NCBI RefSeq assembly: GCF_035688975.1
Contig: NZ_DASSMH010000115.1
Span: forward strand, 41,253-105,252
Source: Intrasporangium sp.
GTDB taxonomy: Bacteria > Actinomycetota > Actinomycetes > Actinomycetales > Dermatophilaceae
Direction: 5' to 3'
DNA: 64,000 nt
The stretch's first letter is position 1; every line of letters begins with the position of its first letter. Made by a program: the position numbers and the translations under genes. The notes beneath the pieces are model-generated. The model searched no databases. It was not told the origin of the DNA and worked only from the letters and a program-made list of their open reading frames with translations. Positions 1 to 12,303 of this stretch are shown piece after piece.

Positions 1-1253
1 AGCCGTCGACGCAGGAGCGGGACCGCCTCGACGAGGTGGCACGCACCGCCCGCGCGCTCGAGACCGAGCTGCGCCTCGGCCTGCGCACGAGGGAGGAGCG
101 GGCCCGCGCGCTGCACGACCGCGCCGCCGCGCTGGAGCGGTCCGCCGTCCATGAGGAGCAGGCGCGCGAGCGCCTCGCCGCCCGCCGCGAGCAGCGCCGG
201 CGGGAGGCCACCGTCGCCGAGGCGGTGCGGTGTGCCGCGGCATACGCCCACGACGTCCTCGTGAGCTCCGCGGAGCGGGCCGACCGGGCCCGCCTCGCCC
301 TCGAGGCGGAAGGCACCGACCGCGACGCCGAGCTGGCCATCGTGCGCCGGGACATCGGCACCCTGCAGGCGGAGCTGCGCGAGCTCACCGACACGGTGCA
401 CCGCGACGAGGTCGCCCGCACGCAGCAGCGGCTGCGCATCGAGCAGCTGCAGCAGAGGGCCGTCGAGGAGCTCGGCGTCTCCCCGGACGTCCTCGTCGAG
501 GACTACGGGCCCCACCGGCCCGTGCCCGTGCTGGCGGACGCCGGCGACGCGGGCGGGGAGCAGGCGCCGGAGGCGGTGCCGTTCGTGCGCGCGGAGCAGG
601 AGAAGCGGCTGCGCCGGGCCGAGCGCAGCCTCGGCGCCCTGGGCCGGGTCAACCCGCTCGCGCTCGAGGAGTACTCGGCGCTCGAGGAGCGGCACCGGTT
701 CCTCACCGAGCAGCTGGAGGACCTCAAGAGCTCCAAGCGCGACCTGCTCGACATCGTCAAGGAGGTGGACGACCGGGTGCAGCAGGTCTTCGCCGAGGCC
801 TTCGCCGACACGGCCGCCGCCTTCGAGGGCGTCTTCCAGCGGCTCTTTCCCGGCGGTGAGGGGCGCCTCGTGCTCACCGACCCCGGCGACCTGTTGACGA
901 CGGGGCTCGACGTCGAGGCCCGGCCGCCGGGCAAGAAGATCAAGCGGCTGTCCCTGCTGTCGGGCGGCGAACGGTCCCTGGTGGCCGTGGCCCTGCTCGT
1001 CGCCATCTTCAAGGCGCGTCCCAGCCCCTTCTACATCATGGACGAGGTGGAGGCAGCCCTCGACGATGCCAACCTCGGCCGCCTGCTGACCCTCTTCGAG
1101 GAGCTGCGGGACAGCTCGCAGCTCATCGTCATCACGCACCAGAAGAAGACGATGGAGATCGCCGACGCGCTCTACGGCGTGAGCATGCGTGGCGACGGGG
1201 TGACGACGGTCGTCTCGCAGCGTCTGCGCGACGTGGCGGACCAGCCCGCCTGA
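1..1253 (+). CDS. smc: Chromosome segregation protein SMC, C-terminal part (5' end lies upstream of the window)
   Basis: The frame is open from base 3. It encodes coiled-coil Ala/Arg/Glu-rich sequence, then the ABC signature LSGGERSLVAVALLVAIF and Walker B FYIMDEVEAALD. Stop at 1251-1253. Confidence 0.93.
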   Translation, partial: PSTQERDRLDEVARTARALETELRLGLRTREERARALHDRAAALERSAVHEEQARERLAARREQRRREATVAEAVRCAAAYAHDVLVSSAERADRARLALEAEGTDRDAELAIVRRDIGTLQAELRELTDTVHRDEVARTQQRLRIEQLQQRAVEELGVSPDVLVEDYGPHRPVPVLADAGDAGGEQAPEAVPFVRAEQEKRLRRAERSLGALGRVNPLALEEYSALEERHRFLTEQLEDLKSSKRDLLDIVKEVDDRVQQVFAEAFADTAAAFEGVFQRLFPGGEGRLVLTDPGDLLTTGLDVEARPPGKKIKRLSLLSGGERSLVAVALLVAIFKARPSPFYIMDEVEAALDDANLGRLLTLFEELRDSSQLIVITHQKKTMEIADALYGVSMRGDGVTTVVSQRLRDVADQPA

Positions 1254-1428
1254 CGCGGCCGACGCGCGTCCCAGTGGTCGGGTCGCGGGCCGTATGCCGC
1301 GCCGCTGGGGGGTCGCGGGCCCGGGCGGCCGGTGCGAAGGTCACGGGTCGGTTTCAGGTCGGCCACGTTTCGGTCCACGAGCGTGGGGCGTGACGGGGAC
1401 CGGTCGGTCGATCCGTCACTATTGTCCC

Positions 1429-1620
1429 ATGGTCTTCCTCGTGCTCGCGATGCTGGTCGCAACGGGTCTGGCGGTCGCGGTCGTCGGCGTCGTCGCGGTG
1501 CCTGCGCGCCGCAACGGCCGGGACGTGCTCACCGCCAAGGGCGAAGGAGTGCTCGAAGCCGCCCGCGAACGGGTCGGTGGCGTCGGCCGGTCCACGGCCG
1601 CCCGCACGCGCACGCACTGA
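1429..1620 (+). CDS. Hypothetical small membrane protein (63 aa, one TM helix)
   Basis: An internal ATG of ORF 1294..1620 gives MVFLVLAMLVATGLAVAVVGVVAV..., with GC-rich third codon positions. CACTAT/TATTGT lies just upstream, so a leaderless start is possible. No homology was recognised. Confidence 0.3.
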   Translation: MVFLVLAMLVATGLAVAVVGVVAVPARRNGRDVLTAKGEGVLEAARERVGGVGRSTAARTRTH

Positions 1621-1714
1621 CGCCACCGGCTGACCCCGGTTCCGCACCGACCGGGACCGCTCCAGCGCCGCCTGCCTGCTGTCGGCGGCCCGGGCACCAC
1701 CTGGGTCCGCCTGC

Positions 1715-1843
1715 GAATCAACTGGCGGATCACCTGGCATCTGCTGTCGCTCTGGCAGCACCACATGCCAGTTGATCGGCCAGTTGATCGCGCCCGGGTC
1801 CGTCGAAGCAGCACCAGGCGCCAGCTGATCTGCCAGTTGATCG
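1715..1843. repeat. Palindromic 12-mer-array element, copy A
   Basis: Left arm GAATCAACTGGC GGATCACCTGGC, a 28-nt core (..CTGGCAGCACC..) and right arm 2x GCCAGTTGATCG. A second core-like segment follows, then GCCAGCTGATCT GCCAGTTGATCG. Intergenic, upstream of ftsY. Confidence 0.85.
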
Positions 1844-1867
1844 GGGCCCGGCGCGTGGCCCACGCGC

Positions 1868-3106
1868 GTGGACGGACCGACGAGCCGTGCATGGTTGGAT
1901 GACCGCGTGGAAAACCTCTGGATCTACGTCGTTCTCGCCCTCGTCATCGTCGTCGTCGGCGTCGGTCTCGTCGTCGGCTTGGTCCGTGACCGCGGCTCGA
2001 GGGGTCGTCTCGAGGAACGGCCGCCGACCGCGGCGCCGACCCTGCCACCGGACACCGACCTCGACCGGTACCCGCCGCCGGTCACCGAGGCCCCGGCGCG
2101 GGAGCTCGAGGAGGAGGGCGCCCACGCCGAGGTGGAGGTCACCCTCCCGGCCCCGCCAGCGGCGCCCGCCGTGGAGAAGCCCGAGTCGGCACGGGGCCGC
2201 CTGCGTCGCCTGCGCGCTCGCCTGGCCGGCTCCAACACCGTCCTCGGCCGGGGCCTCCTCGCGCTGCTGTCCCGAGGCAGGCTCGACGAGGAGGCGTGGG
2301 AGGAGGTCGAGGACACCCTCATCACGTCCGACCTGGGCGTCGACGCCACGATGGAGCTCGTCAGCTCCCTGCGCACCAGGGTCAAGGTCGACGGCGCCAC
2401 CGACGAGGCCACGGTCCGCGGGTGGCTCCGCGAGGACCTGCTCGCCCTCGTGCGACCTGAGCTGGACCGGCGCATCGCCTCGGCACGAGTCGGAGATCGC
2501 CCCGCCGTCATCCTCGTCGTCGGCGTCAACGGCACCGGCAAGACGACCACCGTCGGCAAGCTGGCCCGCGTGCTCGTCGCCGAGGACCGGGACGTGCTCC
2601 TCGGCGCGGCGGACACGTTCCGCGCGGCCGCAGCAGACCAGCTCGAGACGTGGGGCGCGCGCGTCGGCGTCCCGACCGTGCGCTCCGACAAGGAGGGCGC
2701 CGACCCCGCCGCCGTCGCCTTCGACGCGGTGCGGGCCGGGATCGAGCAGGAGGTCGACGTCGTCATCGTCGACACGGCCGGCCGGCTCCACAACAAGGTC
2801 GGTCTCATGGACGAGCTCGGCAAGATCAAGCGGGTCATCGAGAAGCAGAGCGAGATCGACGAGGTGCTCCTCGTGCTCGACGCGACGACCGGCCAGAACG
2901 GGTTGCAGCAGGCGAAGGTCTTCTCCGAGGCCGTCGACGTCACCGGCATCGTGCTGACCAAGCTCGACGGCACCGCCAAGGGCGGCATCGTCGTGGCCGT
3001 CCAGCGCCAGCTCGGCGTGCCCGTCAAGCTCGTCGGGCTCGGAGAGGGACCGGACGACCTGGCGCCGTTCGACCCGGAGGCCTTCGTCGACGCTCTGCTC
3101 GAGTGA
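1868..3106 (+). CDS. ftsY: Signal recognition particle receptor FtsY
   Basis: N-terminal TM segment (LWIYVVLALVIVVVGVGLVVGLV) and an acidic/Pro-rich linker. SRP-GTPase NG domain with GVNGTGKTTTVGKLA, DTAGR and TKLDG motifs. The start could instead be GTG 1907. Confidence 0.95.
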   Translation: MDGPTSRAWLDDRVENLWIYVVLALVIVVVGVGLVVGLVRDRGSRGRLEERPPTAAPTLPPDTDLDRYPPPVTEAPARELEEEGAHAEVEVTLPAPPAAPAVEKPESARGRLRRLRARLAGSNTVLGRGLLALLSRGRLDEEAWEEVEDTLITSDLGVDATMELVSSLRTRVKVDGATDEATVRGWLREDLLALVRPELDRRIASARVGDRPAVILVVGVNGTGKTTTVGKLARVLVAEDRDVLLGAADTFRAAAADQLETWGARVGVPTVRSDKEGADPAAVAFDAVRAGIEQEVDVVIVDTAGRLHNKVGLMDELGKIKRVIEKQSEIDEVLLVLDATTGQNGLQQAKVFSEAVDVTGIVLTKLDGTAKGGIVVAVQRQLGVPVKLVGLGEGPDDLAPFDPEAFVDALLE

Positions 3107-3157
3107 GCCGAGGGCCCGCGCAGCCGAGGAGCCCGCGCAGCCGAGGAGCCCGAGCGC
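3107..3157. repeat. About 17-bp tandem repeat (about 3 copies: GCCGAGG(A/G)GCCCGCGCA) directly after the ftsY stop
   Basis: Read directly from sequence. Contains CCGCGC...GCGCGG stem potential and may act as the ftsY terminator region. Confidence 0.5.
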
Positions 3158-3158
3158 G

Positions 3159-7315
<4,157 letters not shown>

Positions 7316-7334
7316 GCGCGGGCGCCGGCCGGCG

Positions 7335-7805
7335 TCACGACGACCCGGACGCCGTGCCGCCCGCGCGCAGCTCGGCCAGGGCCGACTCCTTCGCCGCGCT
7401 GAATCGCTCGCCCAGGTCACCCAGCTGCTGGTTGGTCGCCGCCTCGGCGAACCGGGGCAGGATGTCCTGCTCCTCCTCCTCGACGTGGTGGCGAACCTCG
7501 CCGATCAGCGCGGCGATGAGCCCGTCGGCCCCGGGCTCGTCCGGGTCCATCGCGAGCAGCTGCTGCAGCGTCTCCTCGACGTGCTGGTGCTCGGCGAGCC
7601 CGTCGTCGACGTCCTGCGCCTCGTCGGGCGCGATGGACTTGATCGCCGGGTAGACCACCTGCTCCTCGGCCTTCGAGTGCGGGACGAGCAGCTCGGCGAC
7701 CTGCTCCAGCAGGGCCTTGATGTCGCCCTTCTCGGACTCGAGCTTCTTGAACACCGACTCGAGCCTGCGGTGGTCTTCCTTGATGAGCGTGACGACGCCA
7801 GCCAT
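7335..7805 (-). CDS. Hemerythrin HHE cation-binding domain protein
   Basis: 156 aa from ATG 7805, with GGAAGGA 6-7 nt upstream. Contains IKEDHRRLESVF..., HSKAEEQVVYP and EVRHHVEEEEQDILP motifs. The upstream part of ORF 7335..7964 is Pro/Arg-rich repeat-derived sequence. Confidence 0.8.
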   Translation of the reverse strand: MAGVVTLIKEDHRRLESVFKKLESEKGDIKALLEQVAELLVPHSKAEEQVVYPAIKSIAPDEAQDVDDGLAEHQHVEETLQQLLAMDPDEPGADGLIAALIGEVRHHVEEEEQDILPRFAEAATNQQLGDLGERFSAAKESALAELRAGGTASGSS

Positions 7806-7928
7806 GTCGTTCCTTCCGGTGGGTCGTGCCGTGGTGGGCACAGGGGCGGGGCCGCACGTCCGCGGCCCTCCGGCGGGGCGTACCCCCGCGCGGGCCGGTT
7901 CTACCCCCGGTCGCGGCCCGAGGGGAGC

Positions 7929-7976
7929 ACGGAGCGGCATACGGAGCGGCATACGGACCGGCATACGGACCGGGTG
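7929..7976. repeat. 12-bp tandem repeat x4 (ACGGAGCGGCAT-type), carrying three copies of octamer CGGCATAC
   Basis: Units at 7929-7940, 7941-7952, 7953-7964 and a degenerate one at 7965-7976. Lies in the divergent hemerythrin/ffh intergenic region. Confidence 0.9.
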
Positions 7977-8023
7977 TGAACCGGCCGACTCGGACGGTCA
8001 CGGCGAGCGGCTAAAGTTGCCGG

Positions 8024-9640
8024 GTGTTCGCATCCCTGTCTGACCGGCTGACCGCCACCTTCAAGAACCTGCGGGGCAAGGGCCGCCTGACGGAGTCCGA
8101 CGTCAACTCGACGGTCCGCGACATCCGGATGGCCCTGCTCGAGGCCGACGTGGCGCTGCCCGTCGTCAAGCGCTTCACCGCCCGGGTCCGGGAGCGGGCG
8201 CTCGGCGCGGAGGTCAGCCAGGCGCTCAACCCGGCGCAGCAGGTCGTCAAGATCGTCCAGGACGAGCTCGTCGGCATCCTCGGCGGGCGGACCCGCCCGA
8301 TCGAGCTGGCCAAGCAGCCGCCGACGGTGATCATGCTCGCCGGACTGCAGGGCTCCGGCAAGACGACGCTCGCCGGCAAGCTCGGCAGGTGGCTCAAGGA
8401 CCAGGGCCACACCCCGATCCTCGTCGCCGCCGACCTGCAACGCCCCAACGCCGTGACCCAGCTCGAGGTCGTCGCCGAGCGTGCGGGCGTGGCGGTCTTC
8501 GCGCCGGAGCGGGGCAACGTCGGCGGCCACGACGCCGTGCTGACCTCGGGCGAGGGCACGCACTCCTTCGGCGACCCGGTCGCGGTGGCTCGGATGGGCG
8601 TGGCGCAGGCGCGGGCGCGGCAGCACGACGTCGTCATCGTCGACACGGCGGGCCGGCTCGCGGTGGACGCCAACCTCATGCAGCAGGCGGCCGACATCCG
8701 CGCCGCCATCGAGCCGGACGAGGTCCTCTTCGTCATCGACGCCATGATCGGCCAGGCGGCCGTCGACACGGCCCACGCCTTCCAGGAGGGCGTCGCGTTC
8801 ACCGGTGTCGTGCTCACCAAGCTCGACGGCGACGCCCGTGGCGGTGCGGCGCTGTCGGTGGCGGAGATCACCCAGCGGCCCATCATGTTCGCGTCGACAG
8901 GCGAGAAGGTCACCGACTTCGAGGTCTTCCACCCGGACCGGATGGCGAGCCGCATCCTCGACATGGGTGACGTGCTCACCCTCATCGAGCAGGCCGAGAA
9001 GGCGTTCGACAAGCGCCACGCCGACGAGATGGCGCGCAAGTTCCTCGCCGAGGAGGACTTCACCTTCGAGGACTTCCTCCAGCAGATGAGCGCCATCAAG
9101 AAGATGGGCTCGCTCAAGGCGATGCTCAAGATGATGCCGGGCATGCAGCAGATGCGCGAGCAGCTCGACGCGTTCGACGACCGCGAGTTCGACCGCGTCG
9201 AGGCGATGGTCCGCTCGATGACGCCCTTCGAGCGCACCCATCCCAAGCAGATCAACGGCTCGCGCCGCGCCCGCATCGCCCGGGGTTCGGGTGTGACGGT
9301 GACCGACGTCAACCAGCTGCTCGAACGCTTCGGGCAGGCGCAGAAGATGATGAAGTCGCTCGCTCGCGGTGGTGGCGCCGGGATCCCCGGTATGCCGTCC
9401 ATCCCGGGTAGCGCCAAGCGCGGCAAGGCCCAGCCGCAGCGCAAGAAGAGCAAGAGCGGCAACCCCGCCAAGCGCGCCGCGGAGGAGCGCGCCCTGGCAC
9501 AGCGGGCGGCTGACGGTCGCGCGAGCGCGGCGGCAGGGGCCTTCGGGCTGCCGAGCGGAGGTGCCGACGGCGGCGCGCCGCTGGAGCTGGACCCGGCGAA
9601 CCTGCCCAAGGGCTTCGACAAGTTCCTCGGCGGCCGCTGA
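8024..9640 (+). CDS. ffh: Signal recognition particle protein Ffh
   Basis: MFASLSDRLTATFKNLRGKGRLTE. NG domain (GLQGSGKTTLAGKLG, DTAGR, TKLDGDARGG), Met-rich M domain and a basic C-terminal tail. Confidence 0.96.
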   Translation: MFASLSDRLTATFKNLRGKGRLTESDVNSTVRDIRMALLEADVALPVVKRFTARVRERALGAEVSQALNPAQQVVKIVQDELVGILGGRTRPIELAKQPPTVIMLAGLQGSGKTTLAGKLGRWLKDQGHTPILVAADLQRPNAVTQLEVVAERAGVAVFAPERGNVGGHDAVLTSGEGTHSFGDPVAVARMGVAQARARQHDVVIVDTAGRLAVDANLMQQAADIRAAIEPDEVLFVIDAMIGQAAVDTAHAFQEGVAFTGVVLTKLDGDARGGAALSVAEITQRPIMFASTGEKVTDFEVFHPDRMASRILDMGDVLTLIEQAEKAFDKRHADEMARKFLAEEDFTFEDFLQQMSAIKKMGSLKAMLKMMPGMQQMREQLDAFDDREFDRVEAMVRSMTPFERTHPKQINGSRRARIARGSGVTVTDVNQLLERFGQAQKMMKSLARGGGAGIPGMPSIPGSAKRGKAQPQRKKSKSGNPAKRAAEERALAQRAADGRASAAAGAFGLPSGGADGGAPLELDPANLPKGFDKFLGGR

Positions 9641-9670
9641 GGCAGGTCACCACGACGAGCCCGTATGCCG

Positions 9671-9826
9671 CCGGGTGCTGCCCTCGCGACGTCGCCTGCC
9701 AGTTGATCCGCCAGTTGATCCGCCAGTAGATCAGTCGCCGATCAACGCGCAGATCAACTGGCGCCGGGTGCTGCCCTGACGACGTCGCCTGCCAGTTGAT
9801 CCGCCAGGAGATCCGCCAGTTGATCA
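9671..9826. repeat. Palindromic 12-mer-array element, copy B (composite, opposite orientation)
   Basis: Two direct modules, each made of core CCGGGTGCTGCCCT(C/G)(G/A)CGACGTCGCCT plus 3x GCCAGTTGATCC-type units (9671-9733 and 9764-9826). They are separated by two inverted units (GCCGATCAACGC GCAGATCAACTGGC). Confidence 0.85.
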
Positions 9827-9857
9827 GCCGTGGGCTGCGAACGCCCGACACGCCTCT

Positions 9858-9947
9858 CTGTCCACAGGCTTCGCCCTCCATCGGCCTGTCCACAGGTGCG
9901 CACCCGCCCCGGAGAAGGCGGCCTCGAACTGGCCCACCCTGTGGACA
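9858..9947. promoter_or_regulatory. Three copies of (C)TGTCCACAGG (two direct, one inverted) upstream of or overlapping the start of the AbiEi/DUF559-like gene
   Basis: CTGTCCACAGG at 9858-9868 and 9886-9896. CCTGTGGACA at 9938-9947, ending at the ATG. This is an 8/9 match to the actinobacterial DnaA box TTGTCCACA and is also a CTGTnnACAG palindrome. Confidence 0.4.
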
Positions 9948-10915
9948 TGGAACTACCCGACCTCCTTCGCGACCTCGTCCATGAGCAGAGCGGCCTCGTG
10001 ACGCGCCGGCAACTGATCGAGGGCGGGGTGCCGCCCGCGATGATTCGCTGGCAGACCGGCCGTCGGTGGCGCTCCGTGCTGCCGGGGGTGATCCTGCTCG
10101 AGTCGTCGCTTCCCACGTGGGATCAGCGCCTTGTGGCCGCACTGCTCGCCGCCGGCCCGAGCTCGTGGCTGAGCGGGACCACCGCCGCCGCCTGGCACGG
10201 CTTGATGGACGGGCGTGAGCGGCTCCCTGTCCATGTCCTGGTGCCTTTCCCGAACCGCAGCCGGCGGATCGGATGGGTCTCCATCCGAGCGACCACCCTG
10301 ACGAACGAGCGCCTCGTGCACCGCGGCCCGCTTCGCATCTCGTGCCGACCGCGCGCCGTCGTCGACGCGGCAGCGCAGGCGCCGGACGAGGCAGCCGCGC
10401 GGGCGCTCGTCATCGCCGCAGTACAGGAGCGACTCGTGCGCGTGGACGACGTGCAGCACTGGCTCGGCGTCCGCCGGCGCAACGGCACCCTGCGCCTCAA
10501 GGCCGCGGTTCGAGAGGCCGCCGCTGGAGCGTGGTCCGTGCCCGAGGCCGAGCTGGCGACGCTGGTGACACGCTCCCGGAGCCTGCCGCCGGTCTGGGCG
10601 AACCCCCAGCTGACCGACCAGGTGGGACGACCGCTCACGACACCGGACCTGTGGTTCGATGATGTGGGCATGGCCGTCATGGTGCACTCCCGCCGCTTCC
10701 ATGGCGGGCAGCTGGACTGGGAAGGCACCGTCGACGCCGACGAGGATCTACGAGCCGTCGGGATCGAGGTCGTCAGCGTCACGCCGTCGGCCATCGGACG
10801 GGAGCCGGCCAAGGTCATGGCCCGCATCGAGTCCGGCCATGCGCGGGCCGCGGCGCGTCCCCGACCCGAGGTCACTGCGGTGCCGCGCGACTTCCTCCGC
10901 AGGGCCAGCGGCTGA
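9947..10915 (+). CDS. AbiEi_4-like N-terminal domain / DUF559 (endonuclease-like) C-terminal domain protein
   Basis: MELPDLLRDLVHEQSGLVTRRQLIEGGVPPAMIRWQTGRRWRSVLPGVILL... is typical of actinobacterial AbiEi-antitoxin-like proteins. The C-terminus ...VMVHSRRFHGGQLDWEGTVDADEDLRAVGIEVVSVTPSAI is DUF559/Vsr-fold-like. GTG 9941 is an alternative start. Confidence 0.6.
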   Translation: MELPDLLRDLVHEQSGLVTRRQLIEGGVPPAMIRWQTGRRWRSVLPGVILLESSLPTWDQRLVAALLAAGPSSWLSGTTAAAWHGLMDGRERLPVHVLVPFPNRSRRIGWVSIRATTLTNERLVHRGPLRISCRPRAVVDAAAQAPDEAAARALVIAAVQERLVRVDDVQHWLGVRRRNGTLRLKAAVREAAAGAWSVPEAELATLVTRSRSLPPVWANPQLTDQVGRPLTTPDLWFDDVGMAVMVHSRRFHGGQLDWEGTVDADEDLRAVGIEVVSVTPSAIGREPAKVMARIESGHARAAARPRPEVTAVPRDFLRRASG

Positions 10916-10930
10916 GTTCGGCCGCTCAGC

Positions 10931-11018
10931 CAATCAACTGGCGGATCAACTGGCGGGTGGTGTTGCCCTGGCAGCAGCGGGTGCCAGTTGATCGGCCAGT
11001 TGATCGGCCAGTTGATCG
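10931..11018. repeat. Palindromic 12-mer-array element, copy C
   Basis: CAATCAACTGGC GGATCAACTGGC, core GGGTGGTGTTGCCCTGGCAGCAGCGGGT, then 3x GCCAGTTGATCG. Starts 16 nt after the upstream stop codon. Confidence 0.88.
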
Positions 11019-11033
11019 CGGGCCGGGGCGGGG

Positions 11034-11196
11034 CGGTCGCGTGGGTGGGGAAGGGGGCGGCCATCGCGGGCGGGGACGGGGCTGCCATCGCGGGCGGGGA
11101 CGGGGCGGTCGCGTGGGCGGGACGGGGCGGCCATCGCGGGCGGGGACGGGGCGGCGGCGCGGGCGGGGACGGCCCTGCCATCGCGGGCGGGATCGG
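11034..11196 (+). repeat. G-rich tandem repeat of about 24 bp, about 7 copies (GCCATCGCGGGCGGGGACGGGG-type)
   Basis: Successive units are read at 11034, 11058, 11082, 11106, 11128, 11152 and 11173. Each carries GGG/GGGG tracts on the + strand. The array ends 19 nt before the amidohydrolase ATG. Confidence 0.8.
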
Positions 11197-11214
11197 CTCG
11201 GTAGGGTCGGCAGC

Positions 11215-12303
11215 ATGAGTGCACCGGTGCTTCGTGTCCGTGGTCAGGTGCTCGTCGGACCGGAGGACGTGCGCGACGAGCTCTGGGTCATCGGCGGCAA
11301 GGTCTCGTTCTCACCGCCCGCGTCGGACGCGGACGTGCAGCAGCTCGACGGGTGGGTGCTGCCGGGTCTCGTCGACGCGCACTGTCACATCGGCCTCGGC
11401 CCCCACGGCGAGGTCAGTCGCGAGGAGACCGAGCAGCAGGCGATCACCGACCGCGAGCACGGCACGCTCCTCGTGCGCGACGCGGGCCAGCCGGGGGACA
11501 CCCGGTGGATCGACGCCCGCGAGGACCTGCCCAAGATCATCCGCGCCGGGCGCCACATCGCCCGGACCCGCCGCTACCTGCGCAACTACGCCCACGAGGT
11601 CGAGGAGTCAGAGCTCGTGCAGCACGTCCGGCTCGAGGCGCACCGTGGCGACGGCTGGGTCAAGCTCGTCGGCGACTGGATCGACCGGGAGGTCGGCGAC
11701 CTCGCCCCGTCCTGGTCCCGTGCGGTCGTCGCCGACGCCGTCGCGGCCGCCCACGAGGAGGGGGTCCGGGTCACAGCCCACTGCTTCGGTGAGGAGTCGC
11801 TGCGGGACCTTGCCGCCGCCGGCATCGACTGCATCGAGCACGCGACCGGGCTGCAGGAGGACTCGATCGACACCTTCGCGGCCCAAGGCATCGCCATCGT
11901 GCCGACCCTGGTCAACATCGCCACGTTCCCCAGGCTGGCGCAGCCCGCCAAGGCGAAGTTCCCCCGCTACCACCGGCACATGCTCGACCTGCACGAGCGC
12001 CGCTACGCCACGCTCGGGGCCGCCCACGAGGCGGGCGTGCCGATCTACGTCGGCACGGATGCCGGGGGAAGCCTGCCGCACGGGCTCGTCGCGCAGGAGA
12101 TGGCCGAGCTGACGCGAGCCGGCCTGTCGACCCTCGAGGTCCTGGCCGCCGGCACGTGGGCCGCCCGCGACTGGCTGGGCCGGCCCGGCCTCGTCGAGGG
12201 CGCCGACGCCGACCTCGTCGTCTACGGCGCCGACCCGCGCCACGACATCAGCGTCGTCGCCGACCCCAAGGGCGTCGTGCTGAGGGGCCGCGTTGTCCGT
12301 TGA
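11215..12303 (+). CDS. Metal-dependent amidohydrolase family protein
   Basis: MSAPVLRVRGQVLVGPEDVRDELWVIGGKVSF, the DAHCHIG metal-binding motif, HCFGEE and GTDAGG. Same position after ffh as amidohydrolases in other actinobacteria. The track start at 10957 would add a repeat-derived Gly/Arg tail and is rejected. Confidence 0.8.
   Translation: MSAPVLRVRGQVLVGPEDVRDELWVIGGKVSFSPPASDADVQQLDGWVLPGLVDAHCHIGLGPHGEVSREETEQQAITDREHGTLLVRDAGQPGDTRWIDAREDLPKIIRAGRHIARTRRYLRNYAHEVEESELVQHVRLEAHRGDGWVKLVGDWIDREVGDLAPSWSRAVVADAVAAAHEEGVRVTAHCFGEESLRDLAAAGIDCIEHATGLQEDSIDTFAAQGIAIVPTLVNIATFPRLAQPAKAKFPRYHRHMLDLHERRYATLGAAHEAGVPIYVGTDAGGSLPHGLVAQEMAELTRAGLSTLEVLAAGTWAARDWLGRPGLVEGADADLVVYGADPRHDISVVADPKGVVLRGRVVR

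Noticed and set aside
10957-11214. Upstream start (10957) for the amidohydrolase, giving an 86-aa Gly/Arg-rich N-terminal extension
   Set aside because: The extension is encoded entirely by element C and the 24-bp tandem repeats. The homologous amidohydrolase core begins at MSAPVLRVRG (ATG 11215).
9309-11224. ORFs running through the palindromic-array and G-rich repeats (9309..10142-, 10123..11181-, 10926..11216-, 10946..11224-, 10988..11218+)
   Set aside because: Their sequences are periodic translations of the DNA repeats (INWRINWR, QLADQLAD, PRPRW..., GGDGAAIAG...) with no start context or domain. They are interpreted as non-coding repeats.
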